A DNA stretch of 53,951 bases from a virus (IMGVR_UViG_3300048672_001423:1-53951), one strand, 5' to 3'; shown: positions 9,803 to 20,712, counted from the stretch's first letter. Made by a program: numbers and translations. Notes: generated from the letters alone by a model not told the origin.

Positions 9803-10249
9803 TATTGTAGGGTGAACAAATATAACGTTTGAGTTAATTCTAAGCCTTTCCATTAGCTCACCACCATTAGATTGATTGGAAAATGAAGTGTTTCCTTCAA
9901 TAGTAAAAAACTTCCTCCTGTCCTTGTTTTCCCATTTTATGAATAAACCTGTATGTTCAAATCTTCCATCACCATTCCAATCAAAAAAAACAATATCACC
10001 TTCAACTGGTTCTAAAGTAGTCATTTTGTTTTTTCTAAAATATAGAACTGCCGTTTGGCATCCTGCAAATCCTTTGGAAAATCCAATATTAGGCAACTGA
10101 AATCCTGCCATAGCATAGCACCAACTTACAAAAATTCCACACCATGCTACACCATCAAGACCGAACCACTTTCCGTATTTTGTTTTATTGGAATTTCTAG
10201 GCGATTCTTTTGTTCCAATTTCTTTTTTTGCTATTTCTATAATTGACAT
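9791..10249 (-). CDS. CHAP-domain endolysin
   Basis: AWCGIFVSW catalytic Cys, GDIVFFDW, HTG His, TIEGNT. Confidence 0.88.
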   Translation of the reverse strand: MSIIEIAKKEIGTKESPRNSNKTKYGKWFGLDGVAWCGIFVSWCYAMAGFQLPNIGFSKGFAGCQTAVLYFRKNKMTTLEPVEGDIVFFDWNGDGRFEHTGLFIKWENKDRRKFFTIEGNTSFSNQSNGGELMERLRINSNVIFVHPTIFAK

Positions 10250-10260
10250 AATAATATAGT

Positions 10261-13200
10261 TTAAAATGTTGCAAATGCTGACCTAACCCACGTATTTGTG
10301 GCAGAGCAAAGGTATATATATGTTGCAGTTATCCTAATCTGTCCTGTTGTGCAAGTAGCGGTTGAACTTGATGGTGCTGTGTTTAGACTAGAAATCTCAA
10401 ACTGCTGTGCTTTTACTGTTCCGCTAAATGTAGCATTAGTTAAATTAGCTTTTAAGTCTAAAGCTGTTTGAGTTGCAGTAGAGATAGGTTTATTCAAATC
10501 AGAAGTATTATTGATATTGTTGATGTTAAGAGCTTGCATCATATCACTATCAGTATAGTCTGAATATCCAAAATAATACCTAGTTGTGCCGAGAAAAAGT
10601 GGCGGTGGCCCTGTTGTAGTTACTTTTTTCAAAGTGACAATTCCCATATTTCCGCTTAAAGGATAAGAACCAGGTAATGTGTCTTTGTTGAAAAAATTAT
10701 TATTTACAAACTCGGTTGTAGCAAGTTGTGTAGATTTTGTCCCTGCAACTGCTGTCGGAGCTGTTGGCACACCTGTGAAATTTGGTGATGCTAAAGGTGC
10801 ATAAGTAGATGCCGCTGATGATGTTGTCAAATATGTGCTATTATCGGCCGTAACATTTCCACTCGCATCAGTTTTCAAAAATCCTGCTGTGTAATTTGAA
10901 AAAGTTAAAGCTCCGCTCACTTTTGCTGTGCCTGCGACATTAAGCTTGAAGCCCCCAGTCGTTGTACCGACCAAAAGCTCTCCTGAAGGTGAAATTCTCA
11001 TTTGCTCCGTTCCGGCTCCCAAAGTACCTACTCCAGATGCGGTATTAAAAGCAATCACATTTACGGGTTCAGATAGAGCCGTTCCGCCACCTAAGGTTAA
11101 AGTATTACTACCAGACGAAGTTGCCATTAATAATCCTGTCATTTTATTTCCGCTATAAGCACCGCCCCAAATTCTTGTACTTCCTGCTGTATTTGCGGTT
11201 TGAGAGTGACGAAATGTAACACCATTTGCATCAATTACCTCAAGTCGTGAGCTTGGTGCAACGGTATTAATTCCTATATTTCCATCTCTATCTATTCCTA
11301 GAGAATTCACACTTGTTCCAGAAGAGTTTTTTGTTCTGAATAAGAAACCACCACTATTTGTTCCTGCATCAAGTAATAAATCAGAAACCGAGTTGCTCAT
11401 TTGGGCAGACACAGTAATGTTTGAAATACCTACACCCGACCGCTCTAGTCGAAGCATATTTGCATCGGTAGAATAAACATGAAGTTTAGTTTGTGCAGTA
11501 GTAAGTCCAACACCAACATTTCCCTCAAAATAATTTTGTGCTGTTCCAGAAAAATAAGCATTCCACTTGCTAGTTCCAGAATTGATTTGTGACTCAAATC
11601 CTTTTGTTGTAGATGAACCTGCAATATTTGTAACTGAAAAACCTGTATTGTTTACTCCACCACTTAGCCCAGCTCTGTAACTTGTTAATCCTGTAATTGT
11701 TCCGCTTATAGTTCCGTTTACCATGTCGCTACCATAAACACTTGTAGTTGTCATGGAAGCTGCTTGGTTTAAAACACCACGAAATAGAAAAGCAGAGTTT
11801 GTTACGTCTGTTTGAATCGTTCCAGATGAACGAATACCGGCAGCATCGACGCCACCTGTTATACTTTTACCTACAAATAATGAGTTAACACCTACGTTTG
11901 TTCCTATGTATAAGTTTCCTGCAACAAAGTTATCCGCTGTCCCATCAAGATATAAGTTGAATCTACTGCTCCCAAATGGTATCAATCCACGAAAGCCAAT
12001 ATTTGTATTTGCACCTATTAATGTCGCATCCGCTACAAATCCAGCTTGTGTAGTTACAGTTGAGCCCGCACCTATTGATTGTTGATTAGCCGTAAAGTGA
12101 TAATAATTTGGCAAAGTAAAAGATAAAGCCGCTGTATTAATATTATTTCTAACTCCATAAGCAGTTCCTGTAACATCATTTTGTACAACCCCAGTTTGAT
12201 ATATACCTATACCTGTTGTGGCTCCTGTAATGTTTTTCCCTACCCTTAGCCCGATTCCTGTCAAAGAACTTGAGCCAATTCCAACGCTACCAGTAAAATT
12301 TGGATTTAACAAATCTGATTTCAAATTCAGAGCCGTTTGAGTTGCAGTAGAAACAGGTTTATTGACATCACTCGTATTATTAATGTTATTGATATTAAGA
12401 GCTTGCATTAATGCACTAGAATTAAAATCATAGTAACCAAAATTATACGAAGTATTTGGAGTAAAGTTTGGAGCAGGGCCAATAGTTGTAACTTTATTCA
12501 GTCCAAGAAGTGCAAAGTTAGTAGTTAAAGAACCACTCCATGTCGATGGCAAAGTATCTTTAGGAATATAAGTTGAACTTGCTGAGGAAGTAGTCAAATA
12601 AGTGCTATTATCGGTCGTTACGTTTCCGCTTGCATCACTTTTTAGGAAACCATTGCCATAATTCCCAAGATTTACGGCTCCAGTAACAGTCATTGAACCG
12701 CCAAAAGTAAATTTGCTATTATTCAGTCCATTTGCACGACCAAAATTAAATCTTCCTGCATTTACGTAGAAAGAGTTTGTTGTATCTGCTGAGCCGTTCG
12801 TGTTTAATTTCATTACTGAAAATGTGTTGTTTATTCCATTTTCAATACTCCAATTAGGTACATTACCACCACCAGAACCATTAAATTGAACAAATCTAAT
12901 TTTACTAACGTCAGATGATTGCTGTTTAGCTACATCAAAGAAATACGTTCCTGTTTTTTGAGCAGTAGGCATATTTGTATGATAACCAACCATTGCCTTT
13001 CCACCAACTGCTAAATTGTAGTTATTTAGAAATTGATAAGCAAAATCATTACTTGTTGCACCAAAATAGTATCCTGTATTTACTCCAATCTTATTCCATC
13101 CGTATAAATGTCCATATTGATTCATTTCCGCAATTTTTTGACCATTGGCAGCGAAAATAAATTTATCAGTATTTGAATTCCCAAAACCTAAAAGCGACTC

Positions 13201-13575
13201 TCCTGCGACAGCAACTTTTAGCCACGAATTAACACTTGTAGGCTTGTTTTGTATGTCGTTCCAATCAATCAATGACCATGAGGCATTTGCAGAGTTTCCA
13301 CCAGAAATTAAAAATTGTCTATTCAATCCTACATTACCATTCAAACTGATTTTTCCATCAAATCGAACATTTGTAGAGATATGAAAAGGTTCTGTTTGAG
13401 TCGCTAAAGTTGGCCCAAGGTAAAATCTGTTTTGTGCAAAAATATTATCAGTTATAAAATCAGATTTTGAATTATTCAATCTTGGTTTGATTGTGTAAGA
13501 ATCTGCATTGATAAATTGCCTTTGTGAATACAATTCTGTGTAAAAAAACAGAAATAGAAAGATGATTTTTTTCAT
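10261..13575 (-). CDS. long tail-fibre/adhesin-like protein with N-terminal signal peptide and internal duplication
   Basis: GNVGIG-type repeats, ASPNFTGVPTAPTA...QLATTEFV fibre motif, NTSDxNKPxSTATQTAL motif twice. Confidence 0.75.
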   Translation of the reverse strand: MKKIIFLFLFFYTELYSQRQFINADSYTIKPRLNNSKSDFITDNIFAQNRFYLGPTLATQTEPFHISTNVRFDGKISLNGNVGLNRQFLISGGNSANASWSLIDWNDIQNKPTSVNSWLKVAVAGESLLGFGNSNTDKFIFAANGQKIAEMNQYGHLYGWNKIGVNTGYYFGATSNDFAYQFLNNYNLAVGGKAMVGYHTNMPTAQKTGTYFFDVAKQQSSDVSKIRFVQFNGSGGGNVPNWSIENGINNTFSVMKLNTNGSADTTNSFYVNAGRFNFGRANGLNNSKFTFGGSMTVTGAVNLGNYGNGFLKSDASGNVTTDNSTYLTTSSASSTYIPKDTLPSTWSGSLTTNFALLGLNKVTTIGPAPNFTPNTSYNFGYYDFNSSALMQALNINNINNTSDVNKPVSTATQTALNLKSDLLNPNFTGSVGIGSSSLTGIGLRVGKNITGATTGIGIYQTGVVQNDVTGTAYGVRNNINTAALSFTLPNYYHFTANQQSIGAGSTVTTQAGFVADATLIGANTNIGFRGLIPFGSSRFNLYLDGTADNFVAGNLYIGTNVGVNSLFVGKSITGGVDAAGIRSSGTIQTDVTNSAFLFRGVLNQAASMTTTSVYGSDMVNGTISGTITGLTSYRAGLSGGVNNTGFSVTNIAGSSTTKGFESQINSGTSKWNAYFSGTAQNYFEGNVGVGLTTAQTKLHVYSTDANMLRLERSGVGISNITVSAQMSNSVSDLLLDAGTNSGGFLFRTKNSSGTSVNSLGIDRDGNIGINTVAPSSRLEVIDANGVTFRHSQTANTAGSTRIWGGAYSGNKMTGLLMATSSGSNTLTLGGGTALSEPVNVIAFNTASGVGTLGAGTEQMRISPSGELLVGTTTGGFKLNVAGTAKVSGALTFSNYTAGFLKTDASGNVTADNSTYLTTSSAASTYAPLASPNFTGVPTAPTAVAGTKSTQLATTEFVNNNFFNKDTLPGSYPLSGNMGIVTLKKVTTTGPPPLFLGTTRYYFGYSDYTDSDMMQALNINNINNTSDLNKPISTATQTALDLKANLTNATFSGTVKAQQFEISSLNTAPSSSTATCTTGQIRITATYIYLCSATNTWVRSAFATF

Positions 13576-13586
13576 TGTTTTTATGT

Positions 13587-14021
13587 TTAAGATATTCGGA
13601 TATTTACGGTTTTTGGTTCACCTATTACAATAAGTACAGTTTCATCATCAATTTTTTGCCAATTATTGACTAAACACCATCCATTTGAATCAAAAACAAG
13701 CACATTTTTAACTTTTGTTTTTAGATGCTGAGATTTTAGTACTGTAATTTCACTCAAACCAGAAACAGTTGTTTCGTAAGGTTCATCGAAATTTCCTACT
13801 AAACTGCTAGTAGATATAACTTGGCTACCTTGTGAAATTATCACATTGTCAGACTTTCGTCGTACTGAATAGTAATAAGTTCCATTGTTGAGTGATTCAA
13901 ATACATTGCTATTAACCCAGTTATGAGAATCTAAAATATTAGTTCTCAATGAATACTGCAATGAAGACGTTGGAACGTCTTCATTGTTAGAGTACTTTAT
14001 ATTTATAGTTATAGTTCCCAT
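13587..14021 (-). CDS. tail-associated protein
   Basis: Position; SNVFESLNNGTYYY beta motif. Confidence 0.55.
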   Translation of the reverse strand: MGTITINIKYSNNEDVPTSSLQYSLRTNILDSHNWVNSNVFESLNNGTYYYSVRRKSDNVIISQGSQVISTSSLVGNFDEPYETTVSGLSEITVLKSQHLKTKVKNVLVFDSNGWCLVNNWQKIDDETVLIVIGEPKTVNIRIS

Positions 14022-14022
14022 G

Positions 14023-15570
14023 TTACTTAGTTTTTAAGGTTTCAGTATTTGTTAATCCTGTAACAACAAACTCAGCATGGTTTACAATTAACCTGGCAAA
14101 GAAATAATAATTTCCATGCTGAGGTATTGGAACTTCTTCTGATTGATACCATTCGTTTACACCAGAAATATTATTAGTCAAAGACCAACCTCTTTCAATC
14201 CCTCCTGTGCAGTTTCCTTGTAACGATACAGGAAAATAAACTAACAAATTTGATGATAAAGCAACTGCAACCGTATTCGAGTCTTTTTGTGATGGCGTAG
14301 AACCACCGCCACAAGAATTAATCGCTTTACAATAGTAAGTTCCTGCATCAGATATAGTACAGTTATTTTTAACATAAGAGTCACTTGTTGCACCAAGTAG
14401 AACTTGATTATCTTTATACCATTGGTAAGATGTAGCATTTGTGTGACTTGAAACAATAGTCAAAACACCTCCAATAGTTATAAATGGATTAGAACATGAT
14501 GCAATTATTGTCGGTTCTGGACAAAGAGAAGTTGAAAGTTTAAATACAACACCATCTTTATCATAACCAACAGCAGTAGATACTGAATCATCTATATTCA
14601 ATCCAATTAAATTACCGAGTAAATTAGAACAATCAACCTCTGTTCCATCAATATTAGCAGCGTATGGAAGAAAATACCTGTACGCATCTTTTCCCCTTAC
14701 TTCAAACCATAGCGGTGTAACTCCATCGGAAGCTCTTTTTAGTACTTTGATTACTCTGTACCCACCCCAACCAAAATTCCAAGTTTCAAATGGTTGATTG
14801 AGCATAGTATCGCCATTTCCTGCATTGTTCCAAGTTGACAATTTTAGTCCATTGACAAGTTTTGAGCATCCTACTGCGGTAATGATAGTTTTATACCATT
14901 GGTTCTCTGAAAAAGAGTTTTCAGTAGGCCAAAGAGCTGTATTTTCGAGAAATGCTTGATTGCCTGATGATAAAGATGGATTGGGCCATCTTATATTCCC
15001 ACCATAATAATCTAATTGAAATATTTCAGTTCCGTAAACAGTTCCATTGTTTGGGTCTGTCATTGTCAAACCACTAACATTCCCAAAAAGAATATTACAG
15101 TTTATTTTATACCAAGAATTTGTGGATTGTGGAGCTGCTTTAAATTTGAAAACAGTAGAAGCTCCTGCAACTACGGCTTTGTATAAAGGAACTGTGCTTG
15201 CATCTATCGTTCCAGCTCCATCAACAATACCTTTTGGGTATGTAGAAGGAATATTGCTATCTGTACCAGAAATTATTCCTGTGTCTGAATTTATCACAAT
15301 AGCTTGCATAGGAATATTATGATTTGCTAAGTGATAAAGAACGACTTTAATAATGGAATTGTCGGCAACTGATAAACTGGCTCCGTCTGGATGGTTATTG
15401 TCTCCAAAAGTTCCACCATTCTTATCCCAAAGTCTTTTTAATAAAACTGGAGTCGATGGGGTTTCATCCCATATTTCAATCAACATTCCACTTCTTGAAA
15501 GAGAATATTCTTCTAGTCCAAGTTTTTTTGCCCATGTAATGGCAAATTTTGGGTAATAGATAGTTTGCAT
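14023..15570 (-). CDS. tail protein with Ig-like (I-set) domain
   Basis: SYQWYKDN...GATSDSY...DAGTYYCKAINSCG. Confidence 0.7.
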   Translation of the reverse strand: MQTIYYPKFAITWAKKLGLEEYSLSRSGMLIEIWDETPSTPVLLKRLWDKNGGTFGDNNHPDGASLSVADNSIIKVVLYHLANHNIPMQAIVINSDTGIISGTDSNIPSTYPKGIVDGAGTIDASTVPLYKAVVAGASTVFKFKAAPQSTNSWYKINCNILFGNVSGLTMTDPNNGTVYGTEIFQLDYYGGNIRWPNPSLSSGNQAFLENTALWPTENSFSENQWYKTIITAVGCSKLVNGLKLSTWNNAGNGDTMLNQPFETWNFGWGGYRVIKVLKRASDGVTPLWFEVRGKDAYRYFLPYAANIDGTEVDCSNLLGNLIGLNIDDSVSTAVGYDKDGVVFKLSTSLCPEPTIIASCSNPFITIGGVLTIVSSHTNATSYQWYKDNQVLLGATSDSYVKNNCTISDAGTYYCKAINSCGGGSTPSQKDSNTVAVALSSNLLVYFPVSLQGNCTGGIERGWSLTNNISGVNEWYQSEEVPIPQHGNYYFFARLIVNHAEFVVTGLTNTETLKTK

Positions 15571-15571
15571 A

Positions 15572-18100
15572 TTATTGTAAAGTTATTCTTTCTAGTGTTG
15601 AAAATTTACCATTTAATGTAATGTCAATAGTCTTATTTATAGACTCAATCAGAACTTTTATAGTTTGTGTTTCGTGAGATTTTAAGAACTTATTATGTGC
15701 AAATATAAGCCAATAATTAGAACTATGATGTTTTTTAGCTCTAACGATAGGTGTTCTATAATACTCACAAGAAGCTGGCTTTAATTTTTCGCCAGAAATA
15801 TAATTGCTTCCTCCATCCAAAGAATAAGGAGTATTAAAAATTTCTTCCTCAATCAAATCACCACTTGTAGAAGCAAGATACAAAGCTAATTGCCCCCAAT
15901 CATGCCCAACTGTGGTAGATATTTCCATCTGTCCAACAGATTCTAAGCTTACAAATTGATTTGGAACATTATCACCTAAATACGGGTATCCTGTCCATTT
16001 AGAAACTGGCTCAATCGGTGTACCTTGGCGAACATCTTTTCCATTTCCTCCATGATAATCAAAATTATTGACTGCATTATTTGGGTCGTGCCAAATCCAT
16101 GTTCCATTGATGAAATAAACAGCAGCTAACAATCTATTGAAAAACTCACTAAATGGAACAGCAACTTTAAAATCAGTCATGTACCAAAATCCATTAGTTT
16201 TTTTATAGTATCTTCTTACTGTGTTTATATCAACAGTACTTCCATTAGGCAAAGTCTCAAGATAAGACCACCACAAAGAAAGCATTGTTAAATCTGGGAA
16301 ATGTTTTTTTGCAAGTTCCATTTCCTGTATGAAACTGTAAAAAGAACTTTCGTTGTATCTGTGCAAATAGTCTCCTGCAATTCCAATTCCCATCAAGTCA
16401 CCAAACAAACCAGTTTCTCCACTTAAATAAGTATCAGTACTTGTTGTAAGATTCAAATACGAAACATTTTTGTTGAAAAATCCTTTCGCTAATTGAGATT
16501 TGTTTAGATTATATTTGTTGTTTTCAGTTTGCATTTCTGATAAAGAAATACCTTCACCATAACTACATTCAATCGGTTTTGCATTGATATATGATGTTTG
16601 CTTGATTGATGGATTTAAACGCTGTAATTCTCGCCATAATGTAGCAATTTTATCACAAGCAGTTTGATTATTTAAAAGCTCGTAACCTAATTGCTCCAAG
16701 TCGTAAAATATAACTGCATGGCCAGATGCTGCGGAAATTACAGGTTGAAACAATCGAAGCAAATAAGGCATACTTTGAGAAGCAACCCAAGAAACGCCAG
16801 CAGCTTGATTGTTTGTTCCTCCATCAGTTCTTGGGAAAGAAGTATCTGCGTTAGTAGTCGGGTCTGTCCATAGCCATCGGTCATAATCTGAGTGCATCAA
16901 TTTTGTTGATGGAATCAATGGATTGCCTTTTTTTGTAACCAAATTGTATCCTTTTGTAAGATAAAGATGGTTTTCGTACTGAAAATCATCAGTCAAAGAA
17001 CCATAATTATTGATATTCAACTTACTTGATGGCAAATTAAAATCTGGGAAATACGATGGACTTCCAATTCTTTTGTTAGGATTGCGTTTAAAAAACGTAG
17101 GAAGGTTTGTTTGATAATCGCCTTTGAAATGGACAATTACTTGTTTTGTGTCCATTATTTGATTAGAGGAACTATCTCTTAAAACACCAAAGATTGAAAT
17201 ATCTCTACCTTTCATGTTAGAAAAATCAATCGCTTCAAGTTCTGATTTTGTGTACCATTCTGGTCCAACATCAACTTTGAAAGACAATATTCCTGTTCCA
17301 CTTCCCCAACCACGCAAATCGGTAGTAACAGTAACTCTGTTTTGATTTGGAACTATTGCAACGGTCATTTGCTTCCAAAATTCGTTATACTCAGCACCAT
17401 ACCAGTAATTGATGTCATCTATGACATATGAAGAATCACCTTCTAGTCCTGTTTGGTAATTGTTGCTGATAACTAAAGTATTTCCATCGGCAGTAGATTT
17501 TTTAAGCTTTCCGTAAACCCTGGCATACTCTGTGTTTCCTGTGCTTAATGTAGCACAAATTTTGAAGTAATCGAAAGAGTTTGAAGAAAGCAGTTCGCTA
17601 TTAATGGAAACGTGAAAAGGCTTATCTGCATTAAAAGTACTACCGTTGATAAGTATTTGACTATCAGAATAACATTGGATGCCATTGGCGATATTGTCAA
17701 TTTGACGAATTTTTGTATCACTTACTGAACCAAAAATATGAGGAACAGGTAATTGAATAAGAATATTGCTAGTTCCTGTAAATAATTCTGGTAGCTCGGT
17801 GTCTAACATAAATCCTTTTCCAATCATTTTTAACTCTCCAATGGTCATTTTGCAAATCTTGCTAATTATTTTTAGCTCACCAATAACCATGTGACAGCTA
17901 GTATCACAACTGACGTATTTTACGTACCGAGATATTTTGCCAGTGATTTTATTTTTAGCAAAACAATAGTAAATACTTTCTGTTCCGATTGTAATTTCGT
18001 TTTTTACAGACCAAGAAGAAACGGTATTTGGGTTGTCTATTTGAGAAGCACCGTACAAATACCGTTCTGGGTTTGATTTGATTATTGTTAATTTTATCAT
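15572..18100 (-). CDS. large tail-associated protein, possibly a glycan-binding/hydrolase spike
   Basis: 842 aa in the tail module; aromatic-rich alpha/beta C-terminal half; function inferred. Confidence 0.5.
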   Translation of the reverse strand: MIKLTIIKSNPERYLYGASQIDNPNTVSSWSVKNEITIGTESIYYCFAKNKITGKISRYVKYVSCDTSCHMVIGELKIISKICKMTIGELKMIGKGFMLDTELPELFTGTSNILIQLPVPHIFGSVSDTKIRQIDNIANGIQCYSDSQILINGSTFNADKPFHVSINSELLSSNSFDYFKICATLSTGNTEYARVYGKLKKSTADGNTLVISNNYQTGLEGDSSYVIDDINYWYGAEYNEFWKQMTVAIVPNQNRVTVTTDLRGWGSGTGILSFKVDVGPEWYTKSELEAIDFSNMKGRDISIFGVLRDSSSNQIMDTKQVIVHFKGDYQTNLPTFFKRNPNKRIGSPSYFPDFNLPSSKLNINNYGSLTDDFQYENHLYLTKGYNLVTKKGNPLIPSTKLMHSDYDRWLWTDPTTNADTSFPRTDGGTNNQAAGVSWVASQSMPYLLRLFQPVISAASGHAVIFYDLEQLGYELLNNQTACDKIATLWRELQRLNPSIKQTSYINAKPIECSYGEGISLSEMQTENNKYNLNKSQLAKGFFNKNVSYLNLTTSTDTYLSGETGLFGDLMGIGIAGDYLHRYNESSFYSFIQEMELAKKHFPDLTMLSLWWSYLETLPNGSTVDINTVRRYYKKTNGFWYMTDFKVAVPFSEFFNRLLAAVYFINGTWIWHDPNNAVNNFDYHGGNGKDVRQGTPIEPVSKWTGYPYLGDNVPNQFVSLESVGQMEISTTVGHDWGQLALYLASTSGDLIEEEIFNTPYSLDGGSNYISGEKLKPASCEYYRTPIVRAKKHHSSNYWLIFAHNKFLKSHETQTIKVLIESINKTIDITLNGKFSTLERITLQ

Positions 18101-18101
18101 T

Positions 18102-19013
18102 TTATGTTACAATTACGGTTACTATATAAGTCAATTCATCTTCAATACACTCTGATTCAACAAAAATATCGTCCACAATCTCAATACACTCGGTTTCTTC
18201 AATAAATTTGACCTCAGAAACAACTTCAATACTGTTATTTTCGCAGTAATTTATTTTTTCCGCAAAGTCTTCGGTAAAACTAATCTCACAATCAAAAGTA
18301 CCAATATCGCTAGTATTACGAGTAGATTTAGTTTTGAATTGATTTTTCATTACAGTAACTATTTTTGACAAATAATAAACTGTAATATCTGTACAGGATT
18401 CAAGATGTTGCAAGAAATGGCTTATATTGCTCGGCAAGGAGTAAAGATTAAGTTTGTAGAGTTTTCTATAAACAACACTACTAACATTCTCATTTCCTAT
18501 TGAATCAATGTCGGAAATTGTGTTTGTAATAATTTCTGGCTCCAATAATTTTGATTCAATAATCAAAGTTTGTTTGAATTCTAATGAGTACGGCAACTCA
18601 AAAGTATTGAATTTTGATTTTGCAACTATTTTGATGCAATCGGAAAAATCACTAATTACTTTGAACCAATCGCTATAATAATCATTAATCTTACAATAGT
18701 AATAACCACATGACAAATCCATGCAATTAATAAAATCACCATTGTACATATAATACCATGATGTCGAGTTTTTATAGACTTTATGGATTACATTCTTTGA
18801 ATTTATTTCAAACACTAAATCATCAAAAACATCATATATTCTAATGTTAAAATCAGATGTAGATGGAATATAAACCCCATCAATCAATTTCACTACAAAC
18901 GAAGGCAAAAAGTCTTTACCAGTAACAACTGAAAAGCCTTTTTGCTGTTGATTTACGTAATAATCATTGAAGGACTCAACAAATTCGTATTTTCTGAAAG
19001 GTAATACTTGCAT
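18102..19013 (-). CDS. tail tip/baseplate-region protein
   Basis: Position downstream of the tape measure gene. Confidence 0.5.
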   Translation of the reverse strand: MQVLPFRKYEFVESFNDYYVNQQQKGFSVVTGKDFLPSFVVKLIDGVYIPSTSDFNIRIYDVFDDLVFEINSKNVIHKVYKNSTSWYYMYNGDFINCMDLSCGYYYCKINDYYSDWFKVISDFSDCIKIVAKSKFNTFELPYSLEFKQTLIIESKLLEPEIITNTISDIDSIGNENVSSVVYRKLYKLNLYSLPSNISHFLQHLESCTDITVYYLSKIVTVMKNQFKTKSTRNTSDIGTFDCEISFTEDFAEKINYCENNSIEVVSEVKFIEETECIEIVDDIFVESECIEDELTYIVTVIVT

Positions 19014-19015
19014 TT

Positions 19016-20710
19016 TTATTCGATTTTAACGTAAAAGCCACAATTCCCATTTGTATAATAGCTGTAATTTTTCATCACATAAGTATATAATCCTGTGCCT
19101 GGGTCTATGTAATAGTAAGGTAATTGATATGTACTTATTAAAAGGTCTTTTATAGGGCATCCGTTTCTACCAACGGTAATATCAGAATCACAAATAATGT
19201 CAGTATAGGCGGTTACATACAAAAAATTGTCTTGTAAATTTAAGTAAAAACTATCAATAACAAACTCTCTTCCATCTGGAAGTTTGTTAATGCCAGAAGT
19301 AATTGAGTTAAGATAATTTGATGGTAATTTAAACTCTCTCAACTTGTGTTTTTTTATCAATGACTTAGACTGATAAATATTTTCATCAATTTTAAAAAAA
19401 GATGTAGGCTTGTTGTAAAGATGAAAAGTTTTAAAAATGTATTCTGCTGTAAGTCTTCCGTTTATAATTCCGATAGTATCGACGTTTATAGAACGGATAT
19501 TTGAAGAGTCTTTCTCTGTGCAATCCAATAAAATCCAAGAATTTATATTATTTGAAGCACAATTTACTGATGCACCGTAGTAATGAGTAGTGAACATATC
19601 GAATGACAATCCATTTTCCTGCAATTCGTTTTTTTCGTCTCTCAATGCACATTCTGTGTCAAAAGTGGCTGTAATCTTAGCAAAATAGTCTCTCGATTTA
19701 AACCAATTTTTTTCTAAAGCAATTTCAACATCAGTAAGCAAATATTTGTCAGCAGCTTCATCAGCGATTATTGATTCATTATTTGTTATGCTTAATGAAT
19801 ATTTCCCAAAAATATTTGAATTGTCTGGTGTATAACTGTAATCGAAATTCTTTACATACTCCAAAAACTCAGGCATAAATAAATTTACGCCAACTTTGTT
19901 TTTGTCATAGCTGTTCCCATATTGGAAATAACTAATATGCTCAAGACGAAACTTGTTGTCTGGCCCAATCAATGGGTATATGTCAAAAATCTCTAACGTT
20001 TGGAGAAGAGTTTTTAAGTCAACAGAAACAGATTCGTTTATTTTACCAGAAATTTCCTCAATTCCAGTTGCAGGATCTGACAAAGGACGAACAAAATCCG
20101 ACATTTGTGCTACACAAGCATTTTTTAGAAAGTTTTCGCCACCCCAAGGCAGAGTATTTTCAGAGAAAAAAGACGATAGATTAGTTGATGATGATGGAAT
20201 AATTGCATCCAATCCAGCTTTTTTAAATGTTTCAGAAACAACAATAAATATAAACTCTGACAATTTATAGAACTTGTCATTAACAACCTCAATATAATCA
20301 TTATCATCGTTGATATATTTATGCAAAACTCTTTGTGTTCTTGGAGTTGCTAAAACGTTTATTTTCTCATTCCAAATAAACATGATTGAACGCCAAAAAT
20401 CCAAAGTCTTGTTTGATTGAGATTGAAGCTTATTTATCTTAAAATCAACATCAAAGCCAGAGGGTTCAACAAGAAAATCAATCAAGGTAGTATTTGCTCT
20501 TTCGATTCTCATTGGCAAAGAATTACAACACTTTGTAGAATCAATTATGTGATTAAACAAATTATTGTAAAAACTTATCGTTCCATCAATTTTTGGACGA
20601 AAAAACTGAAAATCAGATTTATCAAATTGTACCTTAACAGTCTTGAAATTACTTTCTTCAACTATTAAGGTGCTATCGCTATCAACTATTTTTAACTGTA
20701 AATTGCACAT
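19016..20710 (-). CDS. tail tip/hub protein
   Basis: Immediately downstream of the tape measure gene; 564 aa. Confidence 0.55.
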   Translation of the reverse strand: MCNLQLKIVDSDSTLIVEESNFKTVKVQFDKSDFQFFRPKIDGTISFYNNLFNHIIDSTKCCNSLPMRIERANTTLIDFLVEPSGFDVDFKINKLQSQSNKTLDFWRSIMFIWNEKINVLATPRTQRVLHKYINDDNDYIEVVNDKFYKLSEFIFIVVSETFKKAGLDAIIPSSSTNLSSFFSENTLPWGGENFLKNACVAQMSDFVRPLSDPATGIEEISGKINESVSVDLKTLLQTLEIFDIYPLIGPDNKFRLEHISYFQYGNSYDKNKVGVNLFMPEFLEYVKNFDYSYTPDNSNIFGKYSLSITNNESIIADEAADKYLLTDVEIALEKNWFKSRDYFAKITATFDTECALRDEKNELQENGLSFDMFTTHYYGASVNCASNNINSWILLDCTEKDSSNIRSINVDTIGIINGRLTAEYIFKTFHLYNKPTSFFKIDENIYQSKSLIKKHKLREFKLPSNYLNSITSGINKLPDGREFVIDSFYLNLQDNFLYVTAYTDIICDSDITVGRNGCPIKDLLISTYQLPYYYIDPGTGLYTYVMKNYSYYTNGNCGFYVKIE

Positions 20711-20712
20711 GA

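Noticed and set aside
10261-13575. Diversity-generating retroelement acting on the fibre duplication
   Set aside because: No reverse transcriptase is in the window, both repeats are coding, and the differences are not adenine-specific.
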